Shown here: in pieces, positions 30,357 through 37,258 of the stretch
Position numbering within the stretch: the stretch's first letter is position 1
Layout: each line of letters starts with the position of its first letter
NCBI GenBank assembly: GCA_963777945.1
Contig: CAVZSN010000010.1
Span: 194,815-258,814, forward strand
Source of the DNA: an uncultured Actinomycetota bacterium
Lineage (GTDB): Bacteria; Actinomycetota; Thermoleophilia; RBG-16-64-13
DNA length: 64,000 bases
Direction of reading: 5' to 3'
The notes under the pieces: model-generated
The model's database searches: none
What the model was told of the DNA's origin: nothing
Seen by the model: the letters and a program-made list of their open reading frames with translations, nothing else
Made by a program: the position numbers and the translations under genes

Positions 30357-31379
30357 CTATGAAGCGGTCGGGGCAGGAGTGACCATCAGCTCCTCCAATC
30401 TCGTGATCTGCACCGGCGTCCCGATGGCCACCACCCTGTCGCCGGTGCTGAGAACGGAGTCCGGGGCAGGGTTGGTGTCGAAGACTCCGGTGGCCGCACG
30501 GCGGACGGCCAGGATGGTCGCACCGGTCCGGGTGCGCACCTCGAGTTCCCCGATGGAACGTCCGATGGCGCAGCATTCGCCCGCCAGTTCCAGTTCTTCC
30601 ACCCGGAATTCCAGCTCGCCGCCACCGGTCACCACTTCCAGGTAGTCGCTCACCAGCGGCTTGAGCATCAGTGTGGCCATCCTTTTGCCCCCGATGTCAT
30701 ACGGGGTCACCACATGGTCAGCGCCGGCGCGCTCGAGCTTGCTGACGATGTCGTCCGAGCCGGCCCGAGACACGATGAGGACTTTTGGGTTGAGCACCCG
30801 CGCCGAGAGCGTGAGAAAGATGTTGCCGGCGTCCGACCCCAGTGCCGCGACCAGGCCCTTCGCCCTGTCTATCCCGGCCACGTGAAGCACCTCGTCGGCA
30901 GTGGCGTCACCCCTCACGGCCAGTAGACCCTCGGTCTCGGCCAGCTCCACCCGCTGGGGATCGTTGTCGATGACGACGAACGGAGCCTTGTGCGCCGAAA
31001 AATGTTGGGCTACGGACCCACCTACCCGGCCGTAGCCGCAGATGATGACATGCCCGTGCAGTCTATTCACCTGTCGCCTCACCGCCCTTCTGCGAAACAC
31101 CCCTGTGAGCTGCCCGCCGATCACAAACTCCACCATCCGCCCGATACCGTAGAGGATGGTGCCGACACCACCGATGATCAGCAGCACCGTGAATACCTGC
31201 CCTGCCCGCGAAAGCGGGTGCACCTCGCCGAAGCCCACCGTGAAGATGGTGGTCACGGTCATGTAGAGGGAGTCTAGCAGCCCCCAGCCCTCGATCAGCA
31301 TGTAGCCGATGGTGCCCACGACCACGATCGCCACGATCGCCGCGATAACGATCAGACCTGCTTTTAGTTCCTCACGCAT
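30357..31379 (-). CDS. MthK-like potassium channel (2-TM pore plus RCK/TrkA-N and TrkA-C)
   Basis: Selectivity filter TVTTIFTVGFGE, Rossmann motif HVIICGYGRVGGSVA, C-terminal TrkA-C-like ELEFRVEELELAGE ... GDRVVAIG. Confidence 0.85.
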   Translation of the reverse strand: MREELKAGLIVIAAIVAIVVVGTIGYMLIEGWGLLDSLYMTVTTIFTVGFGEVHPLSRAGQVFTVLLIIGGVGTILYGIGRMVEFVIGGQLTGVFRRRAVRRQVNRLHGHVIICGYGRVGGSVAQHFSAHKAPFVVIDNDPQRVELAETEGLLAVRGDATADEVLHVAGIDRAKGLVAALGSDAGNIFLTLSARVLNPKVLIVSRAGSDDIVSKLERAGADHVVTPYDIGGKRMATLMLKPLVSDYLEVVTGGGELEFRVEELELAGECCAIGRSIGELEVRTRTGATILAVRRAATGVFDTNPAPDSVLSTGDRVVAIGTPVQITRLEELMVTPAPTAS

Positions 31380-31392
31380 GACGCCTCGAGCA

Positions 31393-31854
31393 CTAGTGGT
31401 GATAGGGCTCGCCTCTCTCGATGCGGATAGCCCTGTAGAGCTGCTCCAGAACGATACACCGTGCCATCTGATGAGGGAACGTCAACTCCGATAGCGACCA
31501 GCGAAGATCGGCCGCAGCGAGAACACGGTCGTCCAGACCGGAGGCGCCCCCCACGACGAACTGGAAATGGCTTTGCCCGCGGACCTTCTGCGCGGCCAGC
31601 AAGGCGCTCCACTCCTCAGAGGAGTACTGCCGTCCACGCATGTCCAAGGCGACGGTGAACGCGCCCTTCCGCAGAAGAGCCACCAGAGCTGCCCCCTCTT
31701 TCGTCCGAGCCAGATCCTCGCCCGCCCGCAGCGGGGTCTCAGGTGCCTCGAAGACCTCCAAGTCGGCATAGGGTCGGAGAAGTTGCTCGTAGTGGCGCCA
31801 TACCGGCTGGTAGTGGCGCGAGAGCCTGCCGACGCAGATGAGGGTCAGACGCAC
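31393..31854 (-). CDS. rlmH: 23S rRNA (pseudouridine1915-N3)-methyltransferase RlmH
   Basis: MRLTLICVGRL ... VALDMRGRQYSSEEWSALL ... FVVGGASGL ... LSLSELTFPHQMARCIVLEQLYRA. Confidence 0.9.
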   Translation of the reverse strand: MRLTLICVGRLSRHYQPVWRHYEQLLRPYADLEVFEAPETPLRAGEDLARTKEGAALVALLRKGAFTVALDMRGRQYSSEEWSALLAAQKVRGQSHFQFVVGGASGLDDRVLAAADLRWSLSELTFPHQMARCIVLEQLYRAIRIERGEPYHH

Positions 31855-31878
31855 GGACCCTCCGCGCAGGCCCAGAGA

Positions 31879-32571
31879 CTAGATGAAGGCGAGGTCTCCC
31901 GGATCGTCATCCTCGACCGAGCGTTTCTTCTTACGTCCATGGAAACGCGAGTCCTTGAGAATGCTGGGCATGTTTCGCCACAGGCAGACGTCGGGCTTCA
32001 GATACCTGGTCTTGATCTTGGGGGTGCACTCCAGACTGCAGCTCATGCAAAGCTCTTCCTCCATCGAGACCTTCTCGCGCCGTGGCCTCTCGCCCTCATC
32101 CACCCGGCGGTAGGCCTCCAGCAGGAGGTTCTCTACATCGACCGACGGCACCACCGGGAATCGGATGGTCTCGGTAGGCATAGTAAACCGAAACGTCCCT
32201 GCGCTCCAGTACATCAACTGCATCACCTGGTCGGCCGTGTGACGATCGACGATCTTGACGAGAGCCGCGTGCTCGCTCCTGGCCGTGTCGAGGAGATGCG
32301 CAAGCAGCGGAAGCCCGGTTTCGCCGCCCGACCAGTTCATCCAGCATTCCTTCACCTGGTTCTCAGTCATGGCCCCAGCGACCACCAGTCGTTGTCCCAT
32401 CTCCTCGTCGGCCTGCGGCAGGCTGATGGCCTCGATGCGTCCTCGGGACATGTAGACGGCCCCGTATTCCTCGAAGTCCTGGATCTCCAGGATGCCCGTC
32501 CGCCGCTGGCTGGCCAGGAACTGCAGCACCGTGAACAGCGGGAACTCGCCGATGTTGCCCCAGAGGATCAA
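31879..32571 (-). CDS. DUF4388 (PatA-N-like) domain protein with a Cys-containing basic tail
   Basis: GNIGEFPLFTVLQFLASQRRTGILEIQDFEEYGAVYMSRGRIEA ... WSAGTFRF matches the DUF4388 pattern (memory). Tail CMSCSLECTPKIKTRYLKPDVCLW ... GRKKKRS. Confidence 0.6.
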   Translation of the reverse strand: MILWGNIGEFPLFTVLQFLASQRRTGILEIQDFEEYGAVYMSRGRIEAISLPQADEEMGQRLVVAGAMTENQVKECWMNWSGGETGLPLLAHLLDTARSEHAALVKIVDRHTADQVMQLMYWSAGTFRFTMPTETIRFPVVPSVDVENLLLEAYRRVDEGERPRREKVSMEEELCMSCSLECTPKIKTRYLKPDVCLWRNMPSILKDSRFHGRKKKRSVEDDDPGDLAFI

Positions 32572-32806
32572 TCCACTCCAATCCTTGCTCGTCTGTTCGA
32601 ATCGTCCACGATCTCGTACAAGTTATCGGCAGATAGTCAGCCGGGACCATAGCCCTTTTGGCAGTCGCGAGCGCCTGCTCACGGAATTCCGAGCCCCCCT
32701 TGACATGTACCGTCGCCAGCACCCAAAATACCGTGGGGCGTTTCCGCACCCGCGGAAACGTAAATGACAGGTGACCAGAACGGCCACCGTTCCTTCTAGG
32801 AGGGGG

Positions 32807-33097
32807 ATGCGAATGCTCCATGAGCCCGCACAGACCGCACACGGCGTCGACGAGGCGGCCGCGTACAAGAGGCGCCTCGGGTTGAAGATGCTGGCCGCCT
32901 ATAGTGTGCTGTACGTCATCTTCATCATCATCAACGTCGGCTGGCCCAAGACCATGGGCACCATCGTGGTCGGCGGCCTGAACCTCGCCATCGTCTACGG
33001 CTTCGCGCTGATAATCATCGCCTTCCTGCTGGCCATCGTCTACAACTGGCTCTGCACGAGGCACGAGAAGTCGTTCGAGACCGAGGGGACGGTCTGA
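32807..33097 (+). CDS. yjcH: DUF485 (YjcH-like) small membrane protein, usual partner of ActP
   Basis: Two TM helices (LAAYSVLYVIFIIINVGW, NLAIVYGFALIIIAFLLAIVYNW). Stop lies 1 nt before the actP ATG. Start could be 32771, 32807 or 32813. Confidence 0.75.
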   Translation: MRMLHEPAQTAHGVDEAAAYKRRLGLKMLAAYSVLYVIFIIINVGWPKTMGTIVVGGLNLAIVYGFALIIIAFLLAIVYNWLCTRHEKSFETEGTV

Positions 33098-33098
33098 G

Positions 33099-35072
33099 AT
33101 GGCAGAAGTCGAGACCCTCGCCATCGTCATCTTCGTGGTCATCGTCGGCCTGGTCCTGTTCGTATCGTTCTTTACCGCCCGCCGGGCGCGCTCGGCCAGC
33201 GGGTACTACGCGGCCGGGGGCCGCATACATTGGGGCGTCAACGGCATAGCCTTCGCCGGCGACTACCTCTCGGCGGCATCGTTCCTCGGTATCTGCGGAA
33301 TGATCGCCACCGCAGGCTACGATGGGTTCCTCTACTCGATCGGTTACCTGGCGGGCTGGGTGGTCGCGCTCTTCGTGGTAGCCGAGCCGATGCGCCGCCT
33401 GGGACGCTATACGTTCACCGACGCGCTGGACGCCAAGTTCAACAAGCGCAGCCTCAAGCTCATGGCGGCGATCGCCACCCTCATCGTGTCCATCTTCTAC
33501 CTGATCCCCCAGATGGTGGGAGCCGGGGTGCTCATCGAGCCCCTGCTGGGTTTCCCCTACTGGGTCGGCGTGGTCCTGGTCGGCGCGATCGTGATCACCA
33601 TCGTCGCCACCGCCGGGATGACCTCCACCACCTACGTGCAGTTCATCAAGGGCTCCTTGCTGATCGTCTTCTCGCTCGTGATCGTGATGGCCCTGCTGGC
33701 CCGCGGCCTCTCGACCGAACCGGACCAGGGTGGCAAGGTCCCCTTCTACGAATACAAGACCATCACCGCCACCCAGACCGGGGACGCCATCACCCCGGAC
33801 GACCCGACCTACACGGCCGTGGGGCAGGAGACGGTCAAGGAGCACCGTCTTTGTCAAACTCGAGCATGAGGGCGACGTCCACCTGGTGGAAGGCCGAAGT
33901 CGGCGACGCCGGCGCGACGCTGCACGAGACCCAAGAGGTCGTGATCCAGGAGGACGGCAGCAAGTGGATCAACGGCGCCCCTGAATCGGAGGACAACAAG
34001 CTGCGGCAGGTCGGTAACCTGAGCGAGATCGAGGGTGATCCGGAGGCGAAGACCGGAGGGATAAACCCCTTCTCGTTCCTCGCCAAGATCGGCGACCCGG
34101 ACACCACGGTGAACCTCTGGAAGAAGTCCACCTTCACGGACGGCGCCTCGTCGGTGACCGTGTACTACCAGGCACCGACTCCGGGCGACACCGTCACTCG
34201 GCCCGGCCAGATTGTTCAAGCTCGAGGGCTCGTGCGATCGACCGGATCGACTTCGTCTCGCTCATGATCGCCCTGTTCCTGGGAACGGCGGCCCTGCCGC
34301 ACATCCTCATCCGCTACTACACGGTCCCCAGCCAGAGGGCAGCACGTAAGTCGACCGTTGTGGCCATCGCCGCGATCGGTTTCTTCTACATCCTCACGTT
34401 GTTCATGGGCTTGGGCGCCATGTCGAGCAGCGTGATCAACCTGCTCGACAACAACATGTCGGCCCCGCTGCTGGCCCGTTCCTTCGGGACGTTCCTGTTT
34501 GCCATGATCTCAGCCATCGCCTTCGCGACGGTGCTGGGCACGGTCAGCGGTCTCATCATCGCCGCCTCGGGAGCCGTGGCTCACGACCTGATGGACCGCT
34601 TCGGCGGCCTCATCAAGTCTGAGCGCCAGAAGGTCGTCGCCGGACGCGTCGCCGCCTTCGTGGTGGGCGCCATAGCCATCCTTCTGGGCTTGCCTTCCAG
34701 GGCATCAACGTCTCGTTCCTTGTGGGTCTTGCCTTCGCAGTGGCGGCCTCGGCCAACCTCCCGTGCATCATCATGATGCTGTTCTGGAAGCGCACCACCT
34801 CCAAGGGCATGGTCGCCTCGATCATCGTGGGCATCGTTGCCTCTGTAGGCATCATCCTTTTCTCGCCCACTGCTTGGGAACTTTACGGGCTCGATCCCGC
34901 CAACGCCCCTATCCCGCTCAAGAACCCGGGCATCATCTCCATCCCGTTGAGCTTCATCGCCATATACCTGGTCTCCAAGCTCACGAAGCCGGACATGATG
35001 GACGAACATCGTTCCACTTCGCAGAAGACCATCCCTCAGGAGCCGGTGACCGGCGAGGCCGTCACCGAATAG
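33099..35072 (+). pseudogene. actP: cation/acetate symporter ActP (SSS family), about 4 frameshifts between 33.8 and 34.8 kb
   Basis: SGYYAAGGRIHWGVNGIAFAGDYLSAASFLGICGMIA, FTDALDAKF, LGTAALPHILIRYYTV, SGLIIAASGAVAHDL, NVSFLVGLAFAVAASANLPCIIMMLFWKRTT. Confidence 0.85.
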
Positions 35073-35097
35073 GGCTCGGCTCTTCGCCGCGAACGAA

Positions 35098-35142
35098 AAC
35101 GCCGCCGGATGCGATCCCGCATCCGGCGGCGTTCTGTTTCTC
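35098..35142. terminator. bidirectional intrinsic terminator between actP and the satP-type gene
   Basis: Perfect 16-bp stem AACGCCGCCGGATGCG-ATCC-CGCATCCGGCGGCGTT, flanked by GAAAA upstream and CTGTTTCTC downstream. Confidence 0.6.
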
Positions 35143-35179
35143 GTGAGAGAGGAGCGTGGCGCCCCGACGGGTCTTCCGT

Positions 35180-36235
35180 CTAGAAGACGTCCTTCGGCTT
35201 CAGCGGGTAACCGGTGTAGCCGGCGCTGGCGTAGTACACCGCACGGTCGAAGAAGCGGCCCAGTTCGCGGTTGAGGTCGACGGCCCGCTGCAGATCCATG
35301 GCGGACTCCCACACCCCGTGCGTGCGAGCCGACATCCACACCTCCCGCTTGAGGAGCAGGATGGCGCTGATGAGCTCGGGCAAGGGCAGACCCTGAGCGG
35401 CGCGAGTCGCTCCCAGTCTGTGGAAGAAGGAGCCGATATCCGCTTCGGAGGGCTTGCCGGTGAAGTACTCCTCCACCTGCGTGAGGGCGAACTCGCTCGC
35501 GGTGACGAGCTCTTCGTCGCTGACCACGCCGTAGGACGGCGTCTGGGGACTGATGCGCAACGCCTGCAACCACATGTCCGCGATCTCTTCGCCGTAGTCT
35601 TGGACGAAGCCCTTGGGCAGCTGGCTCACAGGACCCAGCGGAAGCAGCACCCTTCGGTAGGTCTCGTTGAGGATCTGGGCCATAGCCGCATAGACGGCTG
35701 CCAGACCGGTAAGGATGCCCTCGTAGCCGGCGATCTTGCCCCACACGGCGCCGCCGCCGAAGTCCCGGATGGCCAGCAGGAAGAACAGGATGGTCAGGAG
35801 TCCGAACACCACCTGCAGAGCGCGGTTGAGCTTCAGCGTCCCCACGAACATGTAGGCGGTGAAAATACCCCAGAACACGAAGTACCAGGCCATAGCGGTC
35901 TCGCTGGTCTTGGCCGCGGCGCCAGCACCCTCGAACATGGTCGGGAAGAGCCAGATGCCGGCCAACGTGAGCCAGAAGAGCCCGTACGACGTGAAGGCCA
36001 AGGTGCCGAAGGTGTTGTTCTTCCTCCACTCCATGATGCCGGCGATGATCTGGGCGATGCCGCCGTAGAAGATGCCCATGGCGAGGATCATGGAGTTGAG
36101 TTCGTAGAAGCCGGCGTTATGGATATTGAGAAGGACGGTGGTTAGACCGAACCCCATGAGCCCCAGCGGGGCGGGGTTGGCGTTGGTGTCGAGCAGTTTG
36201 GTGACTGTCTCGTTTGAAGCTAATGACTTTGCCAT
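35180..36235 (-). CDS. satP: SatP/YaaH (GPR1/FUN34) acetate channel continuous with a ~150-aa helical RsbRD_N-like domain (fusion, or two GTGA-coupled genes merged by an indel)
   Basis: ANPAPLGLMGFGLTTVLLNIHNAG ... ILAMGIFYGGIAQIIAGIMEW ... FTSYGLFWL ... NETYRRVLLPLG, then with no stop VSQLPKGFVQDYGEEIADMWLQAL ... LGATRAAQGLPLPELISAILLLKREVW. Confidence 0.8.
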   Translation of the reverse strand: MAKSLASNETVTKLLDTNANPAPLGLMGFGLTTVLLNIHNAGFYELNSMILAMGIFYGGIAQIIAGIMEWRKNNTFGTLAFTSYGLFWLTLAGIWLFPTMFEGAGAAAKTSETAMAWYFVFWGIFTAYMFVGTLKLNRALQVVFGLLTILFFLLAIRDFGGGAVWGKIAGYEGILTGLAAVYAAMAQILNETYRRVLLPLGPVSQLPKGFVQDYGEEIADMWLQALRISPQTPSYGVVSDEELVTASEFALTQVEEYFTGKPSEADIGSFFHRLGATRAAQGLPLPELISAILLLKREVWMSARTHGVWESAMDLQRAVDLNRELGRFFDRAVYYASAGYTGYPLKPKDVF

Positions 36236-36454
36236 GTACCTATCTCCACTCCTTTGCTCACGCGGATCCGCAATGCTCGCGCCGGCCGCTTCCGCCCACC
36301 CCCCCGTCTGGGTGCGCGTCCGAGCAGCGGGACAATATACTTTCAGGATGCCGGCTTGTCCACCTGGCGGCCCGATTCTTGTAAAATGTCGGGGATTCTG
36401 GCGAGCTACGCCGAAGGTCTGGGGAAACATGAGGGAAGGGGAATCTCTTTTCAC

Positions 36455-37228
36455 ATGGCAGATACGATCCGCATCGATTTGCACTGCCATTCGTCGGCCA
36501 GCGACGGCGACCATTCCCCTGCCAATGTCGCCAGACGTCTCGCCGATATCGGGGTCGCTTGGGCCTCTCTGACCGATCACAACACGGTAGGCGGGCAGGA
36601 CGAGTTTCGGACCGCCCTTGAGCGCCATGGTATCGGTTATGTCCCGGGCGTAGAGATCGACGCGCGCTCGGCCTTCGGCCCTCTGCATCTGCTGGCATAC
36701 CAGATCGATCTCCAGGACGAGCACCTCCTGGCGATACTGCACACGGTGCGTCGGCCCTGGCGGTCATCGCTGCGCCGTTTCCTCTCCCAGATACGGTTGG
36801 TCCGGGAGCCCCCTCCGCTCTCGCCCACCCCATGTGCGGTCGATGGCGACGCCGGTGCGCTCAAGGCACCGTTCACCACGGCGGACGCCATCTGCGTGAT
36901 CCATCAGGCCGGCGGCCTGGCCTTCCTTGCCCACCCGCTCGAGAGCCTGAGGAGTTTCAAGAGGATCGAGGAGGCGCTCGACCAGCTGCAGCCCGAAGGT
37001 CTGGACGGCATCGAAGTCTTCCACAAGTCCTACCCCGAAGGCGTGCAGTTCGCGCTCCTCGCCCTGGCCGTCCGGCGCGGACTCGTACCCACGGGAGGAA
37101 GCGACTTCCACGGGCTGCATCACTCCGACGGAGCCAGCTTGGGGGTGGACGTACCCCGTGGCGAATGGAACAAGATGCTCAAACACATCGGCGCAACACC
37201 GCGGTCCCTACCGTCTGCGGCATCATAG
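36455..37228 (+). CDS. PHP-domain phosphoesterase (TrpH/YciV-like)
   Basis: IRIDLHCHSSASDGDHSP ... ASLTDHNTVGG ... VPGVEID ... HLLAY ... LAFLAHPL ... GIEVFH ... TGGSDFHG. Intact, 30 nt upstream of the next gene. Confidence 0.8.
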   Translation: MADTIRIDLHCHSSASDGDHSPANVARRLADIGVAWASLTDHNTVGGQDEFRTALERHGIGYVPGVEIDARSAFGPLHLLAYQIDLQDEHLLAILHTVRRPWRSSLRRFLSQIRLVREPPPLSPTPCAVDGDAGALKAPFTTADAICVIHQAGGLAFLAHPLESLRSFKRIEEALDQLQPEGLDGIEVFHKSYPEGVQFALLALAVRRGLVPTGGSDFHGLHHSDGASLGVDVPRGEWNKMLKHIGATPRSLPSAAS

Positions 37229-37258
37229 GACTCACGACAAGCGAACTGAGGAGGGGGT

